Shown here: piece by piece, positions 52,188 through 64,000 of the stretch | How the letters are laid out: each line of letters starts with the position of its first letter | How positions within the stretch are numbered: position 1 is the stretch's first letter | Origin: Octopus sinensis | Taxonomy: Eukaryota | Assembly: GCF_006345805.1 (NCBI RefSeq) | Contig: NC_043005.1 | Location: 85,560,001 to 85,624,000 of the forward strand | Direction of reading: 5' to 3' | DNA: 64,000 nt | Made by a program: the position numbers and the translations under genes | Notes under the pieces: model-generated | Databases searched by the model: none | What the model was told of the DNA's origin: nothing | The model's input: only the letters and a program-made list of their open reading frames with translations

Positions 52188-52504
52188 ATATATATATATA
52201 TGCACACACACACACACACACACACATCATGCTCACAATGTTTGTAAGTGAATTTAGATGCTGCTCTCCCTCGTGGACCCTCTCGCCACTTTTCCATCTC
52301 AACAATTAACATATACAACATATATTTCATCTTTCTAAATGGTATTCCGCAGAGCTTCGACAGCAAAACAGTTTTAAGAACATTGGCATACATAAATTCT
52401 CTCACAGTCAAACACAGACATACATGCGCACTGGCACACACGCATACACACTCACACACCCATATATCAGTATATTTATATACATATATGTACATATCAT
52501 CATC

Positions 52505-52790
52505 ATCATCGGTTAACGTCCGTTTTCCGTGCCAGCACAGGTTGGACGGTTCGACCGGGGTCTGGGAAGCCAGAAGGCTGCACCAGGCTCCAGTCTGATC
52601 TGTGAGTGTTTCTACAGCTGGATGCCCTTCCTAACGCCAACCACTCCGTTAGTGTAGTGGGTGCTTTTTACGTGCCACTGGCATAGGTGCCAGGGGAGGC
52701 TGGCGTTGGCTATGATCGGTTGGTGCTTTTTACGTGCTACCGGCACAGAAGCCAGTCAAGGCGGCGCTGGCATCGGCCCGGCGCTGGCAT
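52505..52790 (-). mobile_element. Retroposon 3' region with (GAT)n tail (RTE-tail-like)
   Basis: GC-rich block containing ggatgcccttcctaacgccaac, ending on the minus strand in (GAT)n like the RTE copies; class is inferred. Confidence 0.5.
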
Positions 52791-52803
52791 ATCTATATAT
52801 CAC

Positions 52804-53074
52804 TAGGTTTCAAAGGAGCACCAGCTTTGCTGAACATTGGAGACATAATAAACTCCGAAGCAACAGTAACCCTCACTAAATTTTTACCTACATGATGGAA
52901 AAATATAACTGAATAAAAAATGTGTCTTACCCTTGCAATTTGCAAAGCTAAAACGCAATTGATATTCACTTATATTTTTCCACCATGCCCGTAAGAATTC
53001 AGTGATTGCTACTGTGGCTTCGGAGTTTATTATGACTCCTATATTTAGCAAAGCTGGTGCTTCTTTGTACCCTA
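52804..53074. mobile_element. Fold-back MITE, about 270 bp, arms about 110 bp
   Basis: aaaggagcaccagctttgctgaac..ataataaactccgaagcaacagta vs reverse-complemented right arm aaagaagcaccagctttgctaaat..ataataaactccgaagccacagta. Confidence 0.8.
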
Positions 53075-53180
53075 ATTATATATATTTATATATATTCATA
53101 TAAAAGAACATTGATACTCACGAGAGATATTACTGTTAGTGGCCGCAAGCTAAAACCGTTCAGGCAAAATTAATATAAAT

Positions 53181-53311
53181 AATAAAGGCGCTTCTTTATG
53201 CACCAGCTTTGCTAAATGAGAGTCAAAACATTCCGAAGTGTTAATTTTTGTTGCTTCGGTGTGTTTTGACTCCTATTTCTAGCATAGTTGGTACTTAAAA
53301 GCGCCCTTATT
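53181..53311. mobile_element. Small related MITE, about 130 bp
   Basis: ggcgctt..gcaccagctttgcta..gagtcaaaacattccgaag // cttcggtgtgttttgactcc..tagcatagttggtac..aagcgccc; shares subterminal motifs with 52804. Confidence 0.75.
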
Positions 53312-53323
53312 ATATATATTTCT

Positions 53324-53358
<35 letters not shown>

Positions 53359-53659
53359 TATTTATTTATTAATTTGCCTATATGGCTTTATACTTGCGGC
53401 CACGCATTGGGGTCGATGTAATCGACTTAAACCCTTTGTCTGTCCTTTTTCGTCCCCTCTATGTCTATCCCCTGTGGGCAATAAAGAAACAAATATTATT
53501 TCTTATGAATAATAATGTTCTTTTATATACACACACACACACACACATATATATATATGTATGTATGTTTATATATATACATACACATACACGCACAAAC
53601 GCACACACACATCCACACACACACGCACACACACACACACATATAGATGCATATATAGA

Positions 53660-53820
53660 CGACGATCTTCCAGTTTCCTTTTACCAAATTCACTCACAAG
53701 GATTTGGTCCGTCCGAGGCTATAGTAGAAAACACCTGAGCAAAGTGGCACACAGTGGGGTTGAACCAGGAACCATGTGGTGGGAAAGCAAGCTTCTCGAC
53801 ACATAACCAGGCCTGCGCCT
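53660..53820 (-). mobile_element. SINE family B copy
   Basis: Reverse head and body. Confidence 0.75.
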
Positions 53821-54014
53821 ACACACACATAGATATTAGATCAGAATTCAAGTTAACCAGGCACTTAAATGGTAAGGTACCGGTTCGGGACGAAAATAAA
53901 ATGTTTACACAACAAAGGCAGAGGAATACACATGCGGGTACCGTAGCACAGGTAGAAAGATATCCAGGTTATGTATACGATTTACTGTACTCAACTAAGC
54001 GACTAAGTATATAT

Positions 54015-54245
54015 TTCTTTACTACCAACAAGGGGCTAAACACAAAGGGGACAAAGAAGGACAGACAAACGGATTAAGTCGATTATATCGATCCCAGTGC
54101 ATAACTGGTACTTAATTTATCGACCCCGAAAGGATGAACGGCAAAATCGATCTCGGCGGAATTTGAACTCAGAACGTAACGGCAGACGAAATATGGCTAC
54201 GCATTTCGCCCGGCGTGCTAAAGTTTCTGCCAGCTCGCCGCCTTG
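54015..54245 (-). mobile_element. SINE family A copy
   Basis: Near-consensus. Confidence 0.88.
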
Positions 54246-55374
54246 ACTAAGTATATCAATAGCCCTGAGGCTAATCAAGAAACGCACATTGTACTAAACG
54301 TAGGGTTCATAATATACCTCGGCTGTATGCAAGGAGCAGTTTCCGAAAAAGGTGAATAATAAATGAATAAATAAATAAATACTTGCTGGATAATGTGTCA
54401 ATTCATTACAGCTGTTTTCCAGCAAATTTTCAATTTATTAATTGAGACATTGTATCATTAGAAAAAAACCCCTTTCGTCAGGTGAATACATGAACCACAA
54501 CATTCAAAAACATTCAAATTCCGACGGGATGTGCATCTTTATGATTCTATGACCTTTACTGGTCATAGAAGGAATTTGTTAGTTCAGTTTCGTAGTATTA
54601 TAGAAGAAAATAACGCGATGTCATGTGTGGGTAGTGGGGGTAACGAAGAAGGAGATTAGAGGATGGGGTAGGGGACAATCAGATAGCGAAACATCTCGAC
54701 CCTACAACTAAGATGGAGTTAGTCTCTTTTACCTGTTAACTCTACTTAACACGCGGTTTTAGGGTTAAGTACAAAGGGTAAGATCACCCAGTTATTCATA
54801 TATTTATTTATTTGACTGCCTTTTCTATGCCCCCTTTAAAGCGAGTAGGACCATAAAAGAGAGAGACAATAAGTCTGAGATTTTACTATTGTAGAAGGGC
54901 GGCGTCTTGTACGGGACAGTGCCACTGACGTTTATAGCCCCAGGAAGACATCTCTTCCAGCTGGCTAACGACACACATTCTGTGTCCGATTAGTGTTTGC
55001 GAGGGGAGGTCGTCGCTCCCATTTCTAGCCCAACGCAATACGCACGGACTCGAGTTTCTGAGTGGTTACCCAACCTCAGCATGTGTTATTCACAAGCTAG
55101 TGATGAAAACTCGCGCCACTCGCGATTTGTTTTAATAATCATTTGAATATGTTTTAACGTATTTTATTTAATTTTCCATTTCAGTGTTTGTTTTCAGTTG
55201 TTTTTATTAAAACATGTTCGCTCAGATCGACGTAAAGTGGATAGATTAGCTGACGTTGAGGTTTATTTCTTAAAAACAAACAAACAAAACGGCGTAAAGT
55301 CGAAGAATACGTAAGTTGAGGTAAGGTTCATTATTTATATGCTTGTATGTATGCAAAATATTTTCTACTATAGG

Positions 55375-55560
55375 AACAAGACCGGAATTTTCGGAAATGA
55401 GGCTAGTCGACTTTATCAACCCCGGTGCTTAACTGGTTCTTAATATATCGACTACAAAAGGATAAAGGTGATGTTGGCGGGATTTGAACTCAGAACCTAA
55501 AGACGGATGAAATACCGCTCAGCGTTTTGCCGGGTGTGCTAACGACCCTGCCAACTCTTC
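55375..55560 (-). mobile_element. SINE family A, degenerate copy
   Basis: Body and head motifs. Confidence 0.7.
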
Positions 55561-55623
55561 GTCATACATATTTATATAATGAAAGATAGGCTGGTCAAAG
55601 TCTCATGGCCTTAACTTCGGGAG

Positions 55624-55880
55624 GCGGAGCACCATCGGACATAATTCCTAATTCATGCAATTTACGATGTTCTACTGTGGCCATCCATCTTGTACTGCTG
55701 GGGAACTTTGGAGTCAGCATTTTGCCCCTTGTGCTCGAGGAGAGGGACCAAGGAGTGCAGCCTCAGTAGCCATGGGAAAACTTTGGTACAGGGTCGCTAC
55801 CGACGGACCCATGGACTGGTTTGGAAGATTTTTTCAGACATCCTACGGTGTAAGATTAACCCATTTCAAGCAAGATTATC
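55624..55880 (+). mobile_element. HERO-clade (REL non-LTR) relic, zinc-knuckle region
   Basis: AEHHRT*FLIHAIYDVLLWPSILYCWGTLESAFCPLCSRRGTKECSLSSHGKTLVQGRYRRTHGLVWKIFSDIL follows the FLIxAVYDVLPSPxNLxxWG..CPLC..GTLEHILSxC..AL.QGRYxWRHDxVL pattern I recall for HERO ORFs. Confidence 0.7.
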
Positions 55881-55984
55881 ACTTTTATTAAAGCTGGTCA
55901 AAGGAAGATGCCAACTGCTAGGTTCTCCTAGCTAGGCCCACTTGTAAAAGCACAATACTGGGGGGCGAAAGCCGACCGGGGGTG

Positions 55985-56720
55985 GGGGGCTGGGAAGCGG
56001 AATAGCTGAAGTTTCTAGAAACTGTTGCCTCACCATCTCCGCCATCACCACCACCACCACCACCACCACCACCACCACCACCACCACCACAACCACCACC
56101 ACCACCACCACCACCACTACCACCACCACAGCAACAACAACAACAATAGCTACCACCACCACCACCACCACCACCAACCACCACCACCACCAACCACCAC
56201 CACCACCAACCACCACCACCCCACCACACCACCACCACCACAACCACCACCACCACCACCACCACCCACCACCACACCACCACCACCACCACCACCACTA
56301 CCACCACCACAGCAACAACAACAACAATAGCTACCACCACCACCACCAACGCCGACACCGTCACTACCACCACCACCACCACCACCACCACCACTACCAC
56401 CACCGCCACCACCACCACCACCACCACCACCATTACCACCACAGCTACTACAACTTCGATGACGACGATGATTTCCACGACAACCACGACGACCACCACC
56501 AAACAGTAACAACAACGGTAAGAGTAGCAACAAGATCAACACCACTACCACTCCCGTCATCAATGACATCATCAGCATTCCCACCGCCACCACCACAACC
56601 ACCACCACCACCATCACCACCAATAACAACAACAAAAACAACATTAGCAGCAATACCACCACTACCACCACAACCACCAAGAACAAGAATAAACATATCC
56701 GCTCCATTTTCACCAACGCC
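55985..56720. repeat. (CAC/CAA)n low-complexity array with internal duplication
   Basis: The unit accaccactaccaccaccacagcaacaacaacaacaatagctaccacc occurs near 56110 and again near 56295. Confidence 0.9.
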
Positions 56721-56924
56721 TGTCCATCCTAGCCAAAGTGGTAGACCCTTCCTGCTAGAAATTGCAGCTACCTTTCTCTAAATAAAAATACATCCTATCG
56801 TCTTAGAAAATAATACGTTATGGGTCGCAGCCCTTGATTCCCTATAGGAAAGGTCAAAACTGGAACGCCTTTGATCATAGATCTCCTTGATTATAACTAA
56901 CTCAGGAGTAAAACAATAATTTTA

Positions 56925-57345
56925 GGCGCAGGCGTAGCTTCGTGGTAAGAAGCTTGCTTTCCAATCACATGGATCTGAGTTCAGTCCTGCTGCGTAGCAA
57001 GCACCCTGAGCAAATGTCTTCTACAACCTTGGGTCAAACAAAGCCTTGTAAGTGGATTTGGTAGAGGGGAAACTGAAAGAAGCCCGTCTTATGTGTGTGT
57101 GTGTGTGTGCGTGTGTGCGCGTGTGTGCGTCTTTCTGCCTGTTTGTCCCCACCCCTAACCGCTTGGCAACAAGTGTTGGTGTGTTTAAGTGCCCCTAGCT
57201 TAGCCGTTCGGCAAAAGAGACTGATGGTATAAGTACCGGGCTTCAAAGGGAAAATACGGCAAAGAAAACGAATAAATAAATCTTCAAGCCGGTGCCCCAG
57301 CATGGCCGCAGTTTAATGACTAAGACAAGTGAAAGACAACAACAC
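56925..57345 (+). mobile_element. SINE family B, near full length, with internal (TG)n
   Basis: Same layout as 13961-14395. Confidence 0.82.
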
Positions 57346-57919
57346 GTAACAACAATAACAAGAATCAAAACATTCCTACTCCACCCCGCAACCCCCAAGT
57401 ACCGCACCGTACCGCCCGCCCACCCACACCGCTACCTCCTCCGGTGCAGCACCATCCAACGTTTTGTGTTTGGCACAGATGCTACCTTTCACGGTTCAAT
57501 TGTTTCCACGTCGAATATTTCGTTCCACTTCATTGATCTCGAAGACGTCTACATCCTCTACTGCCTCCGCCTTCTCCTCCCTCTCTCCTTCCACCTCTCC
57601 CTTTTCCATCTCCGCTCCTTCTTCCGGTTCCCTTCCTCCTACCAACCCCCATCTCTTTCTCTCTCTCTCCTCATCTTTCCTTTCTTTTGCTACGAACTTC
57701 CAGTCAAAAGATTCTTCGCCGTTTTCTTCTTTCTTTATCACCGTCATCAACATCTCTCCCTCTCCCCCTCTCTCTGTCCCTCTCTCTCTCTCTCTCTCTC
57801 CTACTCCTACGCCTGTTCCTCCCACCCCTTTTCATGTTCCAGACAGATTTGTCTTGTGATTGAAAACAAGAGAAAACAATTGGGCGAGCAGACAAACGAT
57901 TGAAAGCAAACGCAAACGT

Positions 57920-58520
57920 GACAGCAGCAGCAACAACAGCAGCAGCAGCAACAGCAGCAACAGTAATTCCTCTGCAATAAGCATATGTATCATCCTTATC
58001 ATCACCACCACCACCACCACCACCACCACCACCACCACCACCACCATCATCACCACCACCATCATCACCAATATCATTATCATCATCACCACCACCACCA
58101 CCACCATCATCATCACCATCACTACCACCGCCACCACCACCACCATCATCATCATCATCACCACCACCACCACACCATCATCCACATCATCACCGCCACC
58201 ACCACCACCACCACCACCACCACCATCATCATCGCCACCAACCACCATCATCATCATCGCCACCACCACCATCATCATCATCGCCACCACCACCACCACC
58301 ACCAACCACCATCATCATCGCCACCACCACCATCATCATCATCGCCACCACCACCACCACCACCACCACCACCACCACCATCATCATCACCACCACCATC
58401 ATCATCATCACCGCCACCACCACCACCACCACCACCACCACCATCATCATCGCCACCACCACCATCATCATCATCGCCACCACCACCATCATCATCATCG
58501 CCACCACCACCACCACCACC

Positions 58521-58554
<34 letters not shown>

Positions 58555-58720
58555 TCGTCATTAGCTGCAGCAGCCGTAGCAGTGGTAGGAGTTGCAGTAG
58601 CAGTAGCAGTAGCAGTAGTAGTAGTAGTAGCAGCAGCATCAATGGTAACGACACTAACAGTATCAACAGCCATAGAAGCACCACCAGCAGCACTAACAGC
58701 AGCAACACTGCCGTAACACG
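57920..58720. repeat. Compound (CAG)/(CAC)/(CAT)/(TAG) array with higher-order units
   Basis: Read directly. Confidence 0.9.
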
Positions 58721-59524
58721 AGTAGCACCTGCAGCACCAGAAGCAGCAAGAACTAAATTACAAAACCAGAAAGGGGAAAAAAAAAACCAGAAGAAAGGAA
58801 GACGAGCTAATGAGAAAAATTTCTACAGGGACACAACTAAAAGAATCGCAGGAAAAATATATTATACAGTGCTCCAGCATGGCCGTTGTCAGCAGCAGCA
58901 GCAGCAGCAGCAAAAGCAGCAGCGTCTGTTTAGTAGAAATAAGATGAGCACAAGCTGTGCAGTGGAGTGAATATCGACAACAGGTGCAGCAGAAATAGAA
59001 GTAATAACAGTGCAATAATGTGGATATCGTTAACATCATTATCAACCACAGCAGCAGCAGTGATGACAACAGCAGCAGGTGTAATAGCGATAGCAGCAGC
59101 AGCAGCAGCAACCTCATCAGCGATCGCATCAATAAAGGCGGCAATATTATCGCGGCAGCAACGTAAAACATTATTATCGCCAACAGCAACAACGTAATTC
59201 AAATTAACAGCGAAAGTGCATCGGTGATAATGTTATTTTCGTTGCTTGTCTAAATGCATCGAAGTGCTGCCGTGTCTATGTTCAGCATTCGCAACTTCCA
59301 TAGAGGATAGCAACTGCAAAAATAGTGATGGCAAAACCATAAACAATGACACCGGTGACATCGTCAACGCGAAACACAAACTGCACCGTATAAATATGCA
59401 TCAAGCTGCAACAGATGCACAACTCCAACTGCAATTTTGACATCGTCATAGCCGTAGAAATGTAGAAATATTCAACGAGGTTTGATAACTGTTGCATTAT
59501 CCGTATTCTTATTAGCATCGGAAA

Positions 59525-59940
59525 GCGGCGAGCTGGTAGAAACGTTAGCACACCGGGCGAAATGCTTAGTGGTATTTCATCTGCGGTTAAGTTCTGAGTT
59601 CAAATTCCCCCGAGATCGACTTTGCCTTTCATCCTTTCGGGGTCGATTAAATAAGTACCAGTTACGCACTGGGGTCGATATAATCGACTTAATCCCTTTG
59701 TCCTTGTTTGTCCTCTCTGTGTTTAGCCCCTTGCGGGTAGTAATGAAATAGGTATTTCATCTGTCTTTACGTTCTGAGTTCAAATTCCGCCGAGGTCAAC
59801 TTTGATTTCATCCTTTCGGGGTGGATTAAATAAGTACCAGTTACGCACTGGGGTCGATGTAATCGACTTAATTCGTTTGTCTGTCCTTGTTTAAACCTCT
59901 GTGTTTAGGCCCTTGTGGGTAGTGAAGAAATAGGTATTTC
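59525..59940 (+). mobile_element. SINE family A tandem dimer
   Basis: Head, body, tail, then junction gaaatag|gtatttcatctgtc, second body and tail ending gaaataggtatttc. Confidence 0.9.
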
Positions 59941-60359
59941 CTATAAGCTGTGTTAATTATGTAACCCTTTAAATTGGAAGATAAGAAAGTTCATTTTCGG
60001 CACTTGATGCTTTGGGAACCAGACAAAAATTGCTGCAGCTCGGCTGGGATGTGTTACCCCACCCTCCATATTCACCAGATATTGCTCCTTCGGATTTCCA
60101 CTTATTCAGGTCTCTGCAGAATAATCTTAATGGTAAAAATTTCAATTCCTTGGATGACGTAAAAAGATACCTTGATGAATTCTTTGCCATGAAACCACCT
60201 CAATTCTGGGAAGAGGATATTTTCAAGTTAAATGAAAGATGGAGACGCATTGTGCAACAAAATGGTTCATATTTAGTTGATTAAAAATGCAATGGCAAGT
60301 ATTTATTGAGCTTTTTCTTTCCTTTACAAACCGGCACGAAGTTTCCGGATAACCCAATA
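59941..60359 (+). mobile_element. Internally deleted copy of the 38.6-kb mariner
   Basis: Start codon region EDKKVHFRHLML fused to GTRQKLLQLGWDVLPHPPYSPDIAPSDFHLFRSLQN...; 3' TIR at about 60330-60357; 5' TIR absent. Confidence 0.9.
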
Positions 60360-60369
60360 TTTTAAAGAG

Positions 60370-60535
60370 TTAGTCTTATTACATTCTGTGTCACGCTGAG
60401 CCAACCTGAGAACTATGTTAAGGGTACATGTGTCCTTGGGGTGCTCAGCCACTTGCTCATTAATTTCATGAGCAAACCCTTCCGCTGATCGGATCAAGGG
60501 AAACACTCATCGTTGTTAACGACGGAATGCCAGTA
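60370..60535 (+). mobile_element. SINE family C 3' fragment
   Basis: ctgtgtcacgctg..gagaactatgttaagggtac..ctcagccacttgc matches 36370-36500. Confidence 0.75.
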
Positions 60536-60682
60536 ATTATTAGCAACTATAGAATCATAAAACAACACAACGTGACCCAGCTGCTGCATCATCTGACAAC
60601 GGATAACCTATCATCATAAACCGTATATAATATGCAGAAAGGTGAGGGTGAAAAGTTGCCACCATTTACTGATGTATGTCGA

Positions 60683-60830
60683 GGTACGTGGCTTAGTGGT
60701 CAGGGTAGTGCATTCGTGATCGTAACGTTTTGCTTTCGATTCCTGGACTGGGCGATACGCTGCGTAGTCAAGCAAGACCCTTCAGTTACGTCGCTCCAGT
60801 CCGCTCTGTTCGCAAAAGTGAATAAGGAAG
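60683..60830 (+). mobile_element. SINE family C head, degenerate
   Basis: gtggcttagtggtcagggt..ttcgattcc..gctccagtcc. Confidence 0.7.
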
Positions 60831-61119
60831 TAGCGTACCAGCGTTCCGTCCAGATAGTGAGGGGGATGGGGAAAGGAATATTTACGCCACAGAATCAGAG
60901 AAACGGGCTCCATGAGGGCTTTTGACCCTGTTTCTTTCTTTTACTTTTAATGACTACCTTAAAAGCTGGCGTTCATTCAATATTGCCAGCAACAGTATCA
61001 ACGACAAAGCAAGTGCTTTCCTCGGTAGACATAGAAATATACGGTGGCTTGGTGAGCCGCTGTATACTATAGCAACCCATCAGCAGCATTTGTCTTCTGT
61101 CTATTACTTGCTTCAGTAG

Positions 61120-61310
61120 TTGGACTGCGACCATAGTAGGGCATCGGCTTTAGGGGTTTTAGTCGAGCACATCGACTCCAGACACACACACACACACACA
61201 CGCGCACACGACTCCGTCTACGAAATCCACTCACAAGACTGGTCGGCCCGAGGCTATAGTAGAAGACACTTGCCCAAGGTGCCACGCAGTGGAACTGAAC
61301 CTGGAACCAT
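61120..61310 (-). mobile_element. SINE family B copy
   Basis: aggctatagtagaagacacttgcccaaggtgccacgcagtggaactgaacc. Confidence 0.8.
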
Positions 61311-62712
61311 GCTTAGGAATCTCGCTATCTTTCATGCATACATCTAGAGAAATTAGGCTTCTCAAATCCGAAATGGTAAAAGCTGATTCGAAGACTACAG
61401 ATCCAAGCCGTCACTGGAATTGTAAAGAATTAAGTGTATATGAGCATGATTAGATATGCAAGTGTATCCACGAGAAGACATACATAAAGCAAAACATACA
61501 AATCTGCACATATAAATACATACATAAAAACATGTATATATATATGTGCGTGTGTGTGTGCGTGTGTGTGTGTTTGTGTGTGTGTGTGTGCGTGCGTGTA
61601 TATGTCATATATATATATATATATACACATGTATATACGTACATGTTTACACACATAAATATACATATACACATATATATATATGTATATATATAAATGT
61701 ATATATGTATATATATGTATATATATATACATGTATATTTGTATATATATATATATATTTGTGTGTACCTATGTATATATATGTATATATATATATGCAT
61801 GTATATGTATATATATATATATATATATACATATATAAGAAAAGATGTGCTGATGGCAGTGCGAATGTTGGTTAAACGACGCAGGGTTGTCTCGGAGAAA
61901 TATGTTTTAGAAAATAAATCTTGCGATATCAGAACGTCACGGATGAAACGGCAATACTCCTATGTAGTGTTAAGTGTTTCCCCCAAAATACATGCACAAA
62001 TACAACGAAAGACTAGGGAGAAAAAAAATCCACGAAACTGTATGTAACATACACAACAGCAGTGACAATAACGAAAGAAACATTAACAATAATAAGCATA
62101 GAAATACGAAGTGATATGATTATTATCTGGCTTATTGATGTCACAGTTCTACACTACCATACACAACAACGGCATAAAAAACACTTTTATGGAGCTAAAT
62201 GAGAATTTCATCACGTACACCGTTAATGTCAATAATTGGGGGAAACATTTTTATTACAACACAAGGTATTTCATATCCCGATAAGGCTGAACGTATCGAG
62301 AAGAAAGAAGGGATTATAACATGCGTAATAATAGCATGTATCCAGAAATAAGATACGAAAAAACAGTATAAGTATTACATAATAGAGGGAATTAGATAAG
62401 CTAGATATACGGGAGATGGAAATAAAATAGGAGAAAGGGGAAGGATGTACCATAACATAGCAAAAAACATACACACTCCCTCAAAAACGTATGCGCACTG
62501 ACACGTACATGCATACATACATACATACATACACGCATTTATATATGTACGTGTGTGTTGTGTGTGTGTGTGTGTGTGTGTGTGAGTGTGTATTTATGAA
62601 CAAATATATTTAGGTAGATAGGTAAATAGATAAATAGATGAATGAATATAAGCAACCATGCGCTGTGTTACCATAAAGGAAAATATAATTGTCACTAAAT
62701 GCATTTAGTGAC

Positions 62713-62743
<31 letters not shown>

Positions 62744-62784
62744 ATGTATGTGTGTATCTGTCTGTCTATCTCTCTATCTACTTA

Positions 62785-62856
<72 letters not shown>

Positions 62857-63577
62857 CGTACGTACCTACCTACCTACCAACCTACCTACCTAACCACCTA
62901 TTTATCTACCTACTGTCTGTCTGTCAGACTAATTGACTGTCTGTCTGTCTATCTATAAACATCTAAGAATCCATGCCACGAAAAATATGCACTCGTATAA
63001 ATGTCAATGGAGTGAATATATTAATCAAAGTATATAGTATTACAGATCCACTACCGCTGATCTTATCATTCGGTTTCGCACCGGATATTAGGTAATCGGA
63101 TGATTATCTAATAACCACGCTCCTCGGAGATGGCAAAGACACAGAGATACAGAAGAGAGTGGAACCGAAAAAAGAAAGTGCTTAGTTGTCTTTTGACTGT
63201 TTTCTTTGACATATAAAGCCACTACAGTTGCAAATATTCTCATCTATTAACCAATTAAAAATTCTTTTTTAATCCTCTTTAACTTAGATGTGTCCATTTC
63301 AAGATATATAAGAAACTTTAAATGGTGTGGAGCTTGGTAAAGCACTCAATTATTGCAACTTCAATTGAATGTGTTTAGTGATACTTCCGATTGTTCACCT
63401 ACTCGTTTGTGTGTGTGCGTGTGTGTGTGTGTTGTGTGTGTGTATGTATGTGTGTGCATATGTGTGTATATGTGTGCGTATGCGTGTGCGTGTGTGTGAG
63501 TATACGGATATATATATATTATATAATATATATTATATCTATAATATATATATATTATATATATATATATATATCAT

Positions 63578-64000
63578 CATTCATCATTGTTTCGACCCGT
63601 GGTCGAGACAATGGAATTTACCATGTTGCGCCAGACTTCACGGTCCATCATAGCATTAACGGAGGTCCTGTTGCTGGATGCCTGTATCCCTGGAGATTAC
63701 ATCAGGGTAGGAGAATGTGCGCCCTCTGGTGTTGCGAGTAGATGGCTTCCAGAGGAGAAGAGTAGAAATTACTACTTCTTTTTCAGCTCTACAACAGTGT
63801 CCAGCAAACTGGACTCTCCTACCTTTCACAAGAGATGACACAGGTGGTAATTTCCCATATATTTGCATTTTTAGTGGATGGCCGCCTCCACGAGAGATTT
63901 TGAGCTCTCATAAGGAGGCGAGTGTAGGTTCCATCCAACCGCCTCTCAAGTTTCTTTGATAACGTCCAGGTTTCTGAGCCATATAGTAGGATTGGTTCGA
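63578..64000 (-). mobile_element. RTE-group LINE 3' portion, copy 2 (runs off the window)
   Basis: EPILLYGSETWTLSKKLERRLDGTYTRLLMRAQNLSW..TKMQIYGKLPPVSSLVKGRRVQFAGHCCR; the LLYGSETW motif is typical of RTE-group RT thumbs. Confidence 0.85.

Noticed and set aside
55025-55085. Possible 5S rRNA-like segment on minus
   Set aside because: About 50% identity over 28 nt; not distinguishable from chance.
55918-59202. Long poly-H/T/P/V/G ORFs up to 243 aa
   Set aside because: Open in several frames on both strands because the trinucleotide arrays lack stops; no non-repetitive domain.

Overview
Animal (eukaryotic) genomic DNA: very AT-rich, saturated with (TA)n/(TG)n/(TATC)n/(TAA)n/(CAC)n microsatellites, with one 100-N assembly gap (25821-25920). 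The SINE, LINE and microsatellite mix looks like an octopus genome; this is inferred from recall of repeat families, not from a search. I cannot support any intact protein-coding gene. Nearly all ORFs in the track are microsatellite translations, and the recognisable ones are decayed transposon ORFs. Non-LTR relics come from at least six lineages: R4/Dong, L1/Tx1, RTE, CR1/L2-like, HERO and Penelope-like. DNA transposons include a full-length mellifera-type mariner, a deleted copy of it, an older mariner, a maT/DD37D-like relic, MITEs and a non-autonomous Helitron. Three tRNA-derived SINE families occur in many copies. The most interesting layer is invisible to the ORF track: at least nine loci carry type I hammerhead-ribozyme-like folds. 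One has an intact core and all three helices (30742-30805, minus). Others sit at a Penelope 3' end, in a 194-bp inverted duplication, and in a family of short (TA)n-associated non-coding elements. Also notable: a 555-bp non-coding element embedded in (TAA)n beside Dong relics, a candidate CCAAT/TATA promoter with a first exon (about 3910-4233), and a 56-bp inverted insertion copied in cis inside the mariner. All folds and alignments were done by eye; repeat boundaries are approximate.
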